A stretch of DNA of 64,000 bases, taken from NCBI GenBank assembly GCA_051294375.1, contig JBJCIZ010000239.1, forward strand, positions 1,107,678-1,171,677. Direction: 5' to 3'. The notes below the pieces were generated by a model. It searched no databases and had not been told where the DNA came from. It worked only from the letters and a program-made list of their open reading frames with translations. This stretch comes from Paraspadella gotoi (Eukaryota > Animalia > Chaetognatha). Below are positions 24,210-37,425 of the stretch, one piece after another. The translations under genes and the position numbers were made by a program. Each line of letters opens with the position of its first letter. Within the stretch, counting starts at the first letter, position 1.

Positions 24210-25846
24210 CATTTTCGGCGATTTAATTTGAATATAATTCCTTTATTATTATGATAAATAGCTATTTTTCTTCCAGAATGAAGAAAATTCGAGTCCTCAA
24301 TTGGAAAACGGAAAGTGTGCAAGTGGGCGAAGCGGCAGTTCGATCGAGTGGGAAAACGCGTTCAGGTCAGTCCTTTAAAAAGCATTCAACGAAAGTTTAT
24401 GTTCAGAAAAGTGTTATTGAGATTAGTCTTTTCACAAAAATCTTACAGAATCATAAAAAAACTTATTTATATTAGAATAAGGATTTTAATTGCTTTTTTC
24501 CTTCGCGGGTTTTTTATTCTAAAAATATATACGGCATGTGTAAAAACTGTAAATCCAGAGTGAAAAATATTGATGTTCGGATTTTCATTAACAGGAGCTG
24601 AACTGTTGCAAGACTGAAGTTTTGTCGAAATCGTTAACGACAGTAAAAAAACTGGTGGTTCCGTACGAAACTGGCGCGAGAAAGATGGCTACATTTCCCA
24701 GCACAATCGTCAAGCAAAAAAAATTCCTGAAGCGTTCTTTTGATCGTGACTTATTTCATTACCCACGTGGCTCTCTTGGATTTGTGTAATTAAATATTTT
24801 GTCTGTACAAAAGATTTTTCGTTTTCCTGTTTTTTTTTTAGTCAAAAACGAATTTTGAAATTGAAACGCGAGTATCTATCTCAAAGTTTTGTTACCCGTT
24901 TCCTGCTCCAAAAAATTTATTTTAAGCATTATAACACCCGGAGAAACTAAATTGGGTTTATTAGAAAATGAATATTCTATTGATTGTTTTTGAGAGTTAA
25001 ACTCGTCAAATCATTCCATAATAAAAATATTATTACAATCCCTGAATGAATTTAGTAAATATTAATCGACATTCTGCTTTGTGAATATCGAACTTTTATC
25101 TGTAAAATGTTTTCATGAAATAGTCTTTTTACTATATTTTTTATTTAATTCAAAACCAATACGTATTTTCAAAATAAATTTTATTTATAAATTTTATATA
25201 AAAGCCAGAAACCGGCCATGGACATAAATGTACATTGTACAAATTAATTTCATTTTTATAAATATTTGTGCTGTTACAATTTTAAAGAATAACGATGAGC
25301 ATTCTGCTAAGTAATTCGTATATTTAAGAGTCATTTAATTGGCCAAAAATGCGGACCAATGTCAGTTTGGGATTATTTTGTTGTAAAAAATCATCTTGTG
25401 GATTTATTCCTGGGAAAAAGTGCTTTCGCAATCGTTTGATATAATGCTATCGAATTATATTGGTAGTAAAATTAGGTTCAAATAGGAAAGTAGTTAATTA
25501 TTTTGGAAAATTTCATTAATCCATTAAAACAGAATACATCCAAAAAACTAAAACATGTTTGTATAGATGCCTCACTGTAATAAGTCTGTAAATTTCCAGA
25601 TGAAATCAAAGAATAACTCTCGTCCCGATTATTGTAATAATAGTTTAAGATAGTTTTCAGATTTAGATAATCAAAAACAAATATTAATAAATACTAATAA
25701 TAAAAATATTTAAAATTATAAATGAATACAATAAATTTTCAATAAATTATTTTTAAATCCTAAAAAATTAAAAATGGTGAAACAATATAATTTTGCAATA
25801 TTTATTAAAACTAAATAATAAAAATTTATAGAAAGGAAAAAGTTAC

Positions 25847-26008
25847 AAACGCTCGTTCACTCAATGTCCGAGAGAGCGTCGAAGACTGAGGGGGGAGTCC
25901 ATTTTCTGGACTGACGCACCGTGTTAATGTTTACGTGCTGGGATGGACATTGGACAATGCTAGACCAAATGCTAGAGAGTGGACAATGTCAGAGTGAGTA
26001 AGCGTTTA
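25847..26008. mobile_element. Possible small MITE
   Basis: Imperfect TIRs AAACGCTCGTTCACTC ... GAGTGAGTAAGCGTTT and internal GGACAATG repeats. Confidence 0.35.
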
Positions 26009-26597
26009 AACCCGCGTTGCCCATCACATATAACTTACTACACGCAACGAAAGTCCAGCGCAAGTAGACAAAAGTTGTTTCTTCAAAAGGCACAAAGAGA
26101 AACCGGTTGGAGAAGGAATCTTCGAAACGTGTTTTTTTTTAAATCCCTTGGTCAATTTAATATAGAAAATAATAGAAAAAAAGTAAAGCTTCAAAAGCAA
26201 ATTCCTGACGGATCAATATTATTTTAATATAAAACATTAAATCGTCTTCAAAAAGTACAGCACTTGTAAAACAATCTTTCTAACCTAATATTTTGTTTTA
26301 TTTTATCTCCAGTTTCTCTCAAGCGTGATCTTTTTTCTTTTAAAGACTGGTTTTTTTTCTCTTTCCACAAAAAAGATTGGAATTCAAAATCTAATCTGAA
26401 AATTCTTCAATGCCGTCCGTCAATTATTTGAAAAAAATAAATTCCATTATAATCGATATAGATTTAAGCAATAAATCTAACATTGCCGTGCAATACACGG
26501 ACGAAAACTTAAAGAAAAAACAAAAAGTAAAAACATTTAAACATTTGGGTCGTCTCCTTCGGTCATAATGTGAAAATTATAAAAACCTAAAAAAAAA

Positions 26598-26962
26598 ATG
26601 GACAATGACGCGACCTACCGGCAGATAATGCTCAAGAAAACGAACGACGTCGTACGACGACGACGGACGACGACGACGTACAATCGCTGCACGCGAAACC
26701 TCCGAAGCAATCTAAACGCAGACCTAACCTATCAACCGAAGGAACACGCCTGCCTCCCGAGTGGATCGTTCCACGGCGCTCCTCCATACCATCTCCGCCG
26801 ACGCGACCCTCCTTCATTTCTTCAAAGGATTTTTCGGAGCGGGAATTTGGCTTCTGCTTACGGCCCGTCGGCCCGTGCGGTCTCTTCGTCGACCGTCGTC
26901 GGCATCCCCGTTGTCGGCTCATCTCGGCTTAATTGCATACATTGCTTGGTATCCGCGTCAAG
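26598..26962 (+). pseudogene. SLC36-like (Aa_trans family) amino-acid transporter, exon 1 (TM1-TM2), frameshifted as assembled
   Basis: Across frames: HTISADATLLHFFKGFFGAGI / LA..Y....G....VVGIPVVG...LNCIH.LV.AS, matching the SLC36 pattern TLxHLLKGxxGTGILxxP...G...HCxHxLV. Donor AAG|GTTTGG. Confidence 0.7.
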
Positions 26963-27243
26963 GTTTGGGAAAAAAGTTCAAGTTTAGTTTATTTAGAGAG
27001 AAACAAGTTTGAAATTGGTTATCATTATTAATTTAGACAATTTGTGTTAAGTGTTTAATGTATATTCGGTATATATTAACCCATCAAGTACTTATGATTG
27101 TTCTATTGGGCCGATTTAATTTTGAAAATGAAATAAAAAAAAAATTTTTCTAAAAAAAAAATTATATACAAATTTTTATTTTCAAACAAAATAAAACGCA
27201 CCTTTTAAAAAAACAAAACTGTTCATTTGTTTTTCTTCTCAAG

Positions 27244-27424
27244 AAATTTTCGCCAGTTTTTCCGACCAAACGGGAGATTAGACTATGCCAGACCATCGAA
27301 CATCGCCTTCGAAACGGTCCCGCGAGATGTCGCAAGTTTTCCAACTTGTTAAAAGACTTCATAAACATAATGTTATGCTTACAACAGTTACTCATAACTC
27401 ATAGTTTACGGTCCGCGTTTATGG
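27244..27424 (+). pseudogene. SLC36-like exon 2
   Basis: RLDYA.TIEH.F.NGPARCRKFSNLLKDFINIMLCLQQL...IVY..FMG (cf. LDYxETxExAFxxGP...xVxxFLxxTQLGxCCVY). Acceptor at 27242-43, donor G|GTGAGT. Confidence 0.7.
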
Positions 27425-27496
27425 GTGAGTAACGGGATATTTGCTTTTTTTAAAAACGCTGTCAGATAAATTTAATCATTATGATTTTTTTTTCAG

Positions 27497-27554
27497 GAAA
27501 TAATTTACGGGAATGCTGCGGAGAAAAAATTTGAATACAGAGTTTCCGGTCGAG
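27497..27554 (+). pseudogene. SLC36-like exon 3 (short)
   Basis: ttttcag|GA AAT AAT TTA CGG GAA completes MG-NNLRE (cf. AxNLKQV). The donor could alternatively be after 27575. Confidence 0.45.
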
Positions 27555-28639
27555 GTAATAGAAGTTCACAAAACTGTAAGCTAATTCCAGTGAAGTGACC
27601 GAGAGGAGAGGGGGGTTCACTCCTGAGGGGGAAGAAGAGGGGGGAAAGGGGGGGAGAGGGGGGGGAGAGAGGGTCGGGGAGAATTTTTAACGTTTTAGTT
27701 CCCTTACATTCCCGGAATTTCGGATGGGGCGTTAGACTTGGCCACCGTGATCTAACGGGCCTTCACTCTTTCAGGAAGGACCAAAGCATTCCAAACAAGG
27801 TTAGAAACCCCGGGAACGTGGAGTTTAAGGAAGGACGGAAGGAAAACTGTCATATCCGACCGTCACTTGCTCATACATTCTCACTGTTAATAGAGCCAAA
27901 CTTCGTCCAATGGGGTGGGTCAGAAGTTTGATTTGGAAACCTTTCCCAAATGAAACTTCATAACATTTCTGAAAAACTTTCAAATGGAGCAAAATTTTCT
28001 AAAAATGGCGAGAAGCGTTAAGTAATATTAATTTTTTAATATTTTATTTATAGATTAGGAATGTTAAAATTTTTTTTAAAAATTTTTTTTATTTTTTAAA
28101 AGCAGATTAAAATAGCTTATGAAAAGTTATCTACCAAAGTAATAATTTCTTTTTTAATATTTTGATGATAAGTTGGTTAAAATTGAGAAAAAACCTTAAA
28201 AAAATCAATCAATCATCAATTAATCATCCAATGATTTTAGCAGTTTTTACTAATTTTTAAAGTAAATAAAAACATCAAAATTTTAAAAAAGTTGTAATTA
28301 TATGTTTTTTGTTAACTTTTTAAGCTCTATCAAATCAATTAAAAAAACTTAAAATATTTTAAAAAAAATTTTGACAATTATTTAGCGATAATAATAAATA
28401 GTTAATTTAGCGAATTACTCATGGTTCGGAACATTTTTTGCAAAAAAATAATTTTAACACAAATAATTAATACCAAAATAATGGGATTAGTTTTAATGTG
28501 TTCCATTAAAATTTGAATTTTGGTCGGCTACCGCTACTTGTTAAACGGGTCTTTATATGCTTTCGATATCTCCGCGATATATCGATTTTTAATGAATACC
28601 GAATAACTTTCATGACATTACATTAGAGCAACATTAATA

Positions 28640-28912
28640 TCGTACATTGACATCAATTTAAGGCATCATCGCCTTTACGCTTCCCTCTCACTAATTCTCG
28701 TGCAACCTCATCCGTGAACGTACGGTGTTGGCGCTCGTTTCCGGCGCCGGAATTTGCGGTTCCAAACTCGTCGCCACGAATTATCATCTTGAGCTTCAAA
28801 ATCGTCCGGGATCCGTTTTGCCGTTTGGAGGAATTGCAGAATTGGTCGAGACGGATCCGTTCAAAATAAATCCGTCCTTCGTCACGATGGTCATCTGTGC
28901 TTACGAAGGTGT
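28640..28912 (+). pseudogene. SLC36-like exon 4
   Basis: Across frameshifts: IDINLR.IAFTLP..LILVNLIRERTVLALVSGAGN ... PSFVTMVICAYEGV (cf. LNxIRNLKxLAPFSxxAN ... PLFFGTxIFAFEGI). Confidence 0.65.
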
Positions 28913-29285
28913 CATGAATAAATAAAATTGTAAATAAATAGTGTATAGTTTATAATGGCATTAGATAGATAATGGAATATTATTCCCATTTGATTTCTGA
29001 GATGAAATATTATACTTTTTTTTTTTGGGCATCTTAAAATCTCGCGCTTTGCGATTGGTTTAAATCGGCGGAACATGTTTAAAAAACAATATTAAAGACG
29101 TTTAACGGCTGAACCAAAATCAATACATGTATCTTAGGAATGGCGAATGAAAAATATAAATACTTTGACATAATTTATCAAATGTTTATTCCGAAGCGAA
29201 CCGATCACTTTCAATTTAATCTTCCCATTTGCCGCAACGAAAATGAGATTTTAAACTAAAAAGAAATGAAGATATTTTAGATATT

Positions 29286-29570
29286 ATGGCAACAGCCGGG
29301 GTTGCCTTGTGATGCCCATTGGATGGGCCATCTTCACAAGCTGTTGCTTTGGGAGCTTCGAGACCCTTCAAGTGAACGGCTCCAGTCACTTGGCGGCGGT
29401 TACCCTAGGATGGTCTTCGCTTGTGCCAAACGCAGAGAGAAGTTGTTAATGACTGTGGGATGGAACACAATGTTTGGGCGGGTGTGTTCCGCCACTTGAG
29501 CGCAATGGTATTGCTGAAAACGATCGTGGACGTGAGGGTGGTGTGAATATACCAACCACAAATAATAATC
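29286..29570 (+). repeat. Dispersed repeat, copy 2, lying between two SLC36-like segments
   Basis: Homologous to 11292-11475; ends in an (AAT)n-like tail. Confidence 0.75.
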
Positions 29571-29579
29571 AAATACGAT

Positions 29580-29810
29580 CGTGGGTGACCCGTTCTCCCT
29601 TTGAGGATCCGTCGTCCCGTTCTTCCCCTGGAGAAGCAAATGGTTCGACCGAAGCGATGAGGTCACGATTCGGCGTCATCAAACGTCGGCGTCACTGCTC
29701 ATGACGAATCTTCTTACATCCAATCGCTTTTTTCGGTTACACGAAATTCGTCACGGAGCGAGAGATGTCGTTAACTCTCAATTTGCCAACACGAACGTTG
29801 TACGACAAAG
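29580..29810 (+). pseudogene. SLC36-like segment (TM6-TM7 and TLNLP loop), possibly from a second paralog
   Basis: Across frameshifts: FSFE...VLPLEKQMVRPEAMRSRFGVINVGVTLMTI.....FFGYTKF.HGARDV.TLNLP...YDK|GT (cf. FEGIGVVLPLENxM..P..FGVLNxG...FFGYLxxG..VxxSITLNLP). Confidence 0.75.
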
Positions 29811-30390
29811 GTGGGGACATTGTTACTAAAAACTGTTTTCTAAATTCAACTTAAATCGAGTTAATATTGATTTCCAAGATTTTTAAAAAAAAATGTTTAT
29901 TGAGGCTAACGTCGAAAACATTTTTAACTATTTTTACAAATGCAGTGACGATAAAAAAATAAATGTTTGTTTAAACTTTACTTAAAACTACTTTCGTTTT
30001 TTCAAAAAAATTAAAACACACACTTAATTTTTTTCCTGGAATAGTTTACAAACATTATATAATATCCATTCATAAAAATATGTTTTCCTGATCCTAACCA
30101 TCTTCGAACAAAACCTCGTAAAGCGTTTTTTTAAAATCGGCTAATAAATAAATGATTTTCGGGCTTAACGAAGTTTTTATTCGTTACCGGGAATTCCGAT
30201 CGAATAAAAAAAATAAAAAATTTTTTAAAAATTCGATTTTCGTTTTTGTTAAAGTTTTCGATCTTATAAAATTCATTCTAATTTTTATAATGAGAAAATA
30301 TTTTTAAAAAAAATTGTATATGAAATTGGTAGCAACTAATATAAAAATTATCCATTCATTTAATATATTAAGCTATCCTTGCCGCATTAC

Positions 30391-30537
30391 TTTGGACAGG
30401 TTTTGGTGGTTTAAGGCCTCCATCACTCTTACAAGATAATGGCAAGGTCTCTGCAAGCCTTTTAAATGAAAGACTCAACTCACAGTCCTGGTTTAATACA
30501 CTCCCAGAGTACCTGGCTTCCTTATAAAGGAAAGTCG
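30391..30537. repeat. Dispersed repeat, copy 2 (homologous to 22003-22120)
   Basis: See copy 1. Confidence 0.8.
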
Positions 30538-30799
30538 AATAAATGTTTCAAAGAAATATTTACAAATATCTGCACATAGATTTAAAATGGTTCATCGCTT
30601 TGCTTTGTAAGTCGCTAAATGCCTATGGTTAACATTAATTAATTTTAGTTACTATGGTAAATGGCAAAAACAATTATAATTATTTTAGCATTTAATCATA
30701 ATTTTTTAGCTCAACACTACGAATAAGTTAGACGAATAATTAAGTGAAAAAGAATCAAATTATAATGAAAAAAAATATTTTTGAATCAATTTTTAAATG

Positions 30800-31140
30800 T
30801 CAAATATCAAAGTAAACCAGAAGCGCAGAGACGACCGCTGCAGGAAGATTCTGGCAAAACGCTGCGTCCTTAGGAAGTGGCGAAGAGAAAACCGTGCAGC
30901 GGCACCAAAAAATCCAAACAAAGAGCGAGCCAAGGGTCGCGCGCGCCTTTACTTGACAGTGAACGAATGAGAGGTGGCCTGAAATCCCAGCGAAGAGAGA
31001 CAATCTTCTGAGGGAGATGGGCCGAGAAAAAGAGAGCGTTGGAACAAGGAACTCGGCGAGAATCGCGCACGTTGTGACGAGTCGAGGATGCGGCAGTGAT
31101 GAGGCTGCAAACCAAGGAAAAAATGACCAACGTGAACCAA
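30800..31140 (-). other. GC-rich, exon-like segment encoding hydrophobic stretches across frameshifts; unidentified membrane-protein fragment
   Basis: Three overlapping minus-strand ORFs can be stitched into TLVIFSLVCSLITAA...LFQRSLFLG...SLFAGISGHL...LGSLFVWIF...HGFLFATS...LPAAVVSALLVYFDI*. Confidence 0.3.
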
Positions 31141-31170
31141 ATTATTTTACTTTCTTTTAAAATCTTTTTT

Positions 31171-31395
31171 AAACAAGTTGAGCAAACAATGTCGGATCTG
31201 CAAAGTTAAGAAAAAGATGCAAGTTAAAAAAATGATACAAGTTGAAAAAAGATGGATATGAAAGTTGAAAAATAATGTGAAGTGGAAAAATGATGCGAGT
31301 TAAAAAAGATTTTAAAAAATTGTGATTATCATCCGATAGTGATACCGCTTAATTATCGTAAAGCAGATCCGACATTGTTTGCTCCAAACTTGTTT
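31171..31395. mobile_element. MITE/foldback-like element with about 31-bp TIRs and internal about 19-bp tandem repeats
   Basis: AAACAAGTTGAGCAAACAATGTCGGATCTGC (31171-31201) is inverted at 31363-31395; internal AAGTTRAAAAA.GAT units. Confidence 0.7.
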
Positions 31396-34059
31396 TTTTT
31401 GATATCCAGTTCACTAATCATAATTTAATCAAAAAACCCTGATTAAGACAATGAAAGCCAAAAAAAATTATTATAAAGTCTTGTCGGTTTGACCGAGTAT
31501 GAATAACAAGTCGGGTCACTCTCATTCCGCAATATTTTAAACCAAACTGCAATACTTATATCTTAAAAAAATGATAATTTTTAATATAAAAGGTAAATTT
31601 TTGGTCAATCAACGTTTCATTTAACATATTAAAATACAACCGAAAGGATATTCCAAAAAAAACAATGAATTTGTTGAGTTTAAACTCCAGTATTATTTTT
31701 CAAATGTTTGAATCTGTTCTTTGAACGGATTCGTTGATGCAGGACAAAAAAGAAAAAAAAAAACACGAAAAAAAAACGATTTTCGGACGCGTAAGATCTT
31801 TTCGATTCGATAAACGATCTTTTAAAACCGTAACGAGGTTTTGTTTAGATTGCTTTTGACAGCTCGTGAAATTAGTTTAAGANNNNNNNNNNNNNNNNNN
31901 NNNNNNNCTCTCTCTCTCTTTCTCGTTCAATTCCTCGATTCTCTCGCATTTCGAAAAAAATAAAATTCATTCTTAACTTTTTTTTTTCTTTTCGTTTTCT
32001 TAACTGAGCCAATTTAAGAAAAATCATGAGAGAGAGTTTTTTCCCTTAAACGTAATCCAAAGTACCGATAATTTATCGACTTAAGCATTTTCGATATGTT
32101 AATTGATATTATTAAAGAATCCTCACGTATTAATTAAATTAGGGAGACGCCGATGGATTTAAAAAAAACATTTTTTTTTAATATTTTTTTCCCAAGAAAA
32201 TTGATTCAACCAGTAAAATATTCATCTAGTAATTTAACGCATTAATTTGTGGACGCATTGGAAGTATTTTTCCGACTCTCCGTCCTTCGTCAAAACATTC
32301 TTAAAAGGATGCAACAATAGAGACGCATTCAAATCCTTTTCAAGAACCTTTTTTTTTTCATTCCTTTTCCATTAAAAGGGACAAGTGGAATCTTAAAAAA
32401 AAACGATTCCATCTCTCAACTTTCTGTTATTATTTTTTTTTTTTTTTTTGGTCCCTACATCTGCCGAGTCCGTACAAGTCTATTAATATTTTCTTTGGCT
32501 GAACCGACCGCGGATTTTTTTGTTTTTACCCTAACCGACGTATCATTAATTCTTCGCATCTGATTGGTCTAATTCCCTCACGGCCTTTGGAGGCGATAGG
32601 CGGAATTCGCTTGCTACGCGACTAATCCGCTTCTGACTTCCTGCGGAAAAAAAAATCATTTTTAACGTCACCTGAGTCGAAAGAAGGGGGAGGAATTGAG
32701 AATGCCTCGCTATTTTCCTTTTTTTTTTTTCTTTTCTTATTCTTTCTTTTGTTTTCTTTTTTTTTTTCCTAATGTTAATCCGTTCCGCGTTTGGTGTTGT
32801 CCGTGCAAAGTCTACGGGAGGAGGAAGAGCGAGAGGAGGAAGAGGATGCTGAACGCTCCTCCTCTTCCTCTTAATTCTCCTCCTCCTCGTCGCAGTCTTC
32901 TCACGTACTCCTCCTCTTCCTCCTCCTCTTCCCACCTGAGCCAAGAGTCTTTTTCGGTCTCTCTCTGTCTCCCTCTCTCTCTCTCTCTCTCTCTCGCGAA
33001 CTGAGTCGTGATTCTGAAAAGGAAAAAATAAAAATAAAAAAGCGAACAACAAAAAAAAAAAAAGAAACGAATCTGTGACGAAATCCCCGACGTAGGAATT
33101 CCTGCTTATTTTGCGCGGAAAAAAAGAGGAAAAAAACTCTAACGTTCTTTTTTCGAAAAAAAAAAGAAAAGAGTTTAACGTTCTCTTTTTTTGGAATAAG
33201 ATCTCATTTACTTTCTCAGTTTGCTTGGAAATAAACGAATCTACAAAAACCTGAGCCCGAATTTCGATAAGAAGGAAATTATTCAAGCGACGGATTTGTT
33301 TTAAACATAAAAAAAATGAGTGGAGTTGTTAAGATCTTTTAAAATAAACGGATCATTTTGACATAATAGTTTTAAAAAAAAGGTTGTTAAACCTAAAACC
33401 TGAATCGATGAAAGAAAAAACGGAAATAATTTTTTTTTTTTGCTCGAATGGAATTTATTTTTTTTATTTTGTTTTAATGTTTACTCGACGACTTGGCTTA
33501 CTACGACATCGGAATAATAATTCTTATTTCTTATTCTCCATTTCAGATATTTATTTTTAGCGCGACGAAAAACATAAAGACCGGAGTAAAAACTTCGTTC
33601 TTGGAATAAAATAAAAAGTCGTAAAGAAACGATATGCGGAAACGGAAATAAAAATTCTAAAAATAATAATTTAAAAAAAAGGCTAAACTTTCCCCGGATT
33701 CGATTATTTCCTCGAGGAATTCATAAAAAAAAAAAAAGAAGATATTAAAATTATTTAATTTCGACAAAAGAATCTGGAAGCGTTAATTACCAGCTGTTAG
33801 CCATCGAGCGGCAACTTCATATCCCCAACGCCATTCTGCAACGCAATCTGCAACGCCAAATTGCAACGCCAACCATCGATCCGTCTTCCGCGCCATCATC
33901 GACTTCTCCGTCGCCCGACGCCGGTTCCAACGCCATCTCGCTTTGCCGCCAACCGGCGTCAATCATTCTTTCCCGGCGACGCCGTCGTCTTTTTATGCTC
34001 TCTCTCTCTCTCTCGCTCTCTGTCTTCGAAGAAACTAAAAAAGGAAGCGGATCGAGCTC

Positions 34060-34103
<44 letters not shown>

Positions 34104-34442
34104 CTTTCTCCGCTCCGCCGCCTTTTGTTTCATTCTTTTTTTCCTTCTCCCGCGCGACGTCGCCGCTTCTCCCGTTCCACCGTCACGCCCTTTTTCCCCT
34201 CTTTCGTGACGTCAGCACGTCGTTTGCCACGCCCACCGTCCCCGGCGCCGTATTGGCACCTTCCCTCTCCCGGCGTTGCAATGCCGCGGCGTCGAAGAAG
34301 AATCGACGCTCGAATTAACGGAAAACATTAGACGTCAGAAAATCGCGTCGGTTTAAAAATCCGATAAACGTGATTAAAAAAAAGAAGAAAAAAGCCAAAA
34401 AAAAACAAAAAAAAATCCCGCCAAATAAAAAAAAAAGACAAC

Positions 34443-34944
34443 ATGGAATCCCATTCGTTCCGATCTCATCCGGGGAGACTTGGTGTATTTAAATTACATC
34501 CTCCCCGTCATTCCGCCTCGACTCTAATTCTCATGGTCTTTCTCTTCCACCATCACCCGCTGCTGCGTCACGGCGGCGCTGTAGAAGCTGCCACGGCGCC
34601 GGCGGCAGCCCCGCCGCCCGACGCCTCTCCGCCCGTCTTCACGGAGCAGCCCAAAGCCGTGGATTACGTCCCCACGGGTCGCGTCCACGTTCTTTCCTGC
34701 GCCGCGACGGCGCGCCCGGCGCCGGAGTATCGTTGGTGGAAAAAGGGCGCCGGGTTTGTGACGGAATTTTCCGGCGTCGGTCTTCACAGGATCTCGGCGC
34801 TCGGCGCCGGAGACTTTGGAGTGTATCGGTGCGTGGCGCGGAATGCTCTCGGCGCGGTGTTGAGTCGAGAGGCGAAGCTCGTGGAGGCCAAGTTAAAGTT
34901 GGAGGCGCTAGAGGGAGACGCTGTTAGGAATGAGACGCTACTCG
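34443..34944 (+). CDS. sdk: Sidekick exon 1: leader/signal-like sequence + Ig1
   Basis: PPVFTEQP..VLSCAATARPAPEYRWWK...DFGVYRCVARNALGAVLSREAKL (Sdk Ig1 type CxxRNxxGAxLx). Donor G|GTAAAT, phase 1. Confidence 0.88.
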
Positions 34945-36107
34945 GTAAATAAAGATGGGATTTGTTTTTTGTCTTTTTGTCCGTTTTAATTGTCTTTTCG
35001 TCTGTTTTATTTGTATTTTTATCTGTCTTTTTTGTCTTTATGCCAGTATTATTTGTCTTCTTTTGTTTCGATTTGTCTCTTAGTATTATTTTTCTTTCAC
35101 GCTTATTTCAATTTTTTTTTTTGCCGTTTTTATCTTTTTTTTTTGTCTTTCTTTCTCTGACTTTTTGTTCCCCGATTTGTCTTTTTTGTTCTTCTTTCTT
35201 TTCCCCCCGTTTTTATTTCTGTCATTTCATCCCTTTTTATGTTTTTTGTTCTTCTTTCTGTCATTTCCTCTCTTTTTTTATGGTCTTACTGGTTTTGCCA
35301 AACATTTGAAAATCCGGTTGTCAAGGTGATGTCTTCCTTTCTTTTCCATCGCTTCTCTTTTATTTTCTTTCTTTATTTCTTTTTCTTTTTGGTTCCTCAA
35401 AGAGAGAGGACTCAGTGGGGTCGGCGACCGTTGTCAATCGCCTCAGGTTCTATTTTTAGTTTTTTTTCACATTTTTGCAGCGAAAGATTTTTTTTTTTGA
35501 TAAAATAAATTTTTTTGAAGTCTAAAATTTTAGTTCAAAGTCACGTTCGAGTCGGAAGCGAAAGATAAGAATTCTTTTTGAAAAAATGATAAAATTAAAA
35601 GATAAAAAAAAAAGTTTTTAAACTCGTTTTTTTTAAATCGTAAAGGATCGGTTATGAATTAAACTTGTACCTGAGCCTAAAGTTGAATTAAAATATATAG
35701 AATCCTTTATCTAAATGTTTTAAAATTAACAATCACGATTAAATAAGCGTTAGTTATCCGACGTTACTTTCATGAAGAAAAAAAATCGCTGACGCATCTA
35801 ATAATGAAGAAAATCTCGATCGACGATAATCCACAAATCGCATCTCATTTTTTTCCCGCCCACTTTTTTTTCCTCCCGCTAGGGTGGGGGGGCGGAGAGT
35901 GGCGTTAAATAAGGGGCCTCCCCCCCCACATCTATCTTCCCCCCCCCCTCGTAAATCGGAGGCTCCAATTTCTCTTCTTCCAAACGAGAACGAATAACTT
36001 AATTATAAGTTTAGAGCCTCGAACACATGAAGGGCTTTCGAGCGCGCGTTAAAGCGCCATTTCTCTCTTTCTCTCTCTCTTTCTCTCTCTTTCTCTCTCT
36101 CTCTTTT

Positions 36108-36161
<54 letters not shown>

Positions 36162-37425
36162 CTCTCCTTTCTCTCTCTCTTTTTTTTTCTCTTTTTTTCT
36201 CTCTTTCTCATTCTCTCTCTCTCTTTCTCTCTCTTACTCTCTCTCTCTCTTTCTTACACTTTCTATCACTATCTTTCTCTCTCTCTCGCACACTCGCAAT
36301 CGAGACGCAAGCACACGCAATCCACGCGCGCGCCCCGCAAAACGACCGCGTGCCATACGACCGCCCCGGTTCTTTTCGATCCATTTAGCCCGAGCCATCT
36401 CGGGCTTTTTTGCGCGGCCGGGGCTCCGGAGCCTTCCGTCTACGAGTCCCATAACACTAAATAAAGCCGCGTAAGAACTGAAGGCCCGCGAGAAACAGTT
36501 AGCACCTTTTTTTTCTTTTTTTTATTTGTAAATAGCAAATGTGGGAAGGTTATATGAGAGAGAGAGGAGAGAGAGAGAAGAGAGAGAGAAGAGAGAGAAG
36601 AGAGAAGAGAGGGCAATAAAAGTAAGTTAACCTTATCTGTTTTCTTTTTTCTCCTTCCTTTACTTTTTTTTCTTTCTTTAATTCCGCAACAAATACAGAT
36701 AACGATGTTTGTTCCCACGTTCGATCCGAAACAAACGGACGGCTGTACATCCGCCTACGGACGGAAAAAATCCTTTCCATTGGTTACACATTCTAACTCC
36801 ATGAATAAATCTCTCTCTCTCTCTCTCTCTCATCTCTCCTCCTCCTTCTCTCTCTCTCTCTCTCTCTCCTCTCTCTCCTCTCTCTCTCTCTCTCCGCAGG
36901 TCGTCAAGGCGAAGAGCCCTTTTGATGCAACTGGCGTCCAAATATCGAATCGAAGGTCAACCGCGAAACCCGTCTACATGGATTCCAAGTTAGCCGGACG
37001 GAGCAGGTAAATATATAGGGATTTCCGCGCCGGGAAAAAAATTGAACCACAATAATATAAAACTATAACGAAACACCAAACGAAACACAAAAACATAACA
37101 AAACTAAAATCAAATACACAAAACGAACGGCAAAACTAATAATAAAACAGCAAACAATATGAAACGAAACACAAAAACGAAAACAAAACAAAACCAAGAA
37201 CCAAAATGAACACAACAGAACAACAAATTAGACAACAAATCACAAAGTCGAAACACGAAAGTCGAAACACGAANNNNNNNNNNNNNNNNNNNNNNNNNTT
37301 TTTTTTCTTTCCTTTAATTCCGAAACAAATACAGTTAACGATGTTTTGTTCCTCTCGTTTCGTTTCCGAAACAAACGGGGACCGCTGTACATCCGCCTAC
37401 GGACGGAAAAAAAAAAGAGGAAGAA

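Noticed and set aside
32546-33286. 246-aa minus-strand ORF
   Set aside because: Built from homopolymer and (AG)n tracts; low complexity with no domain.
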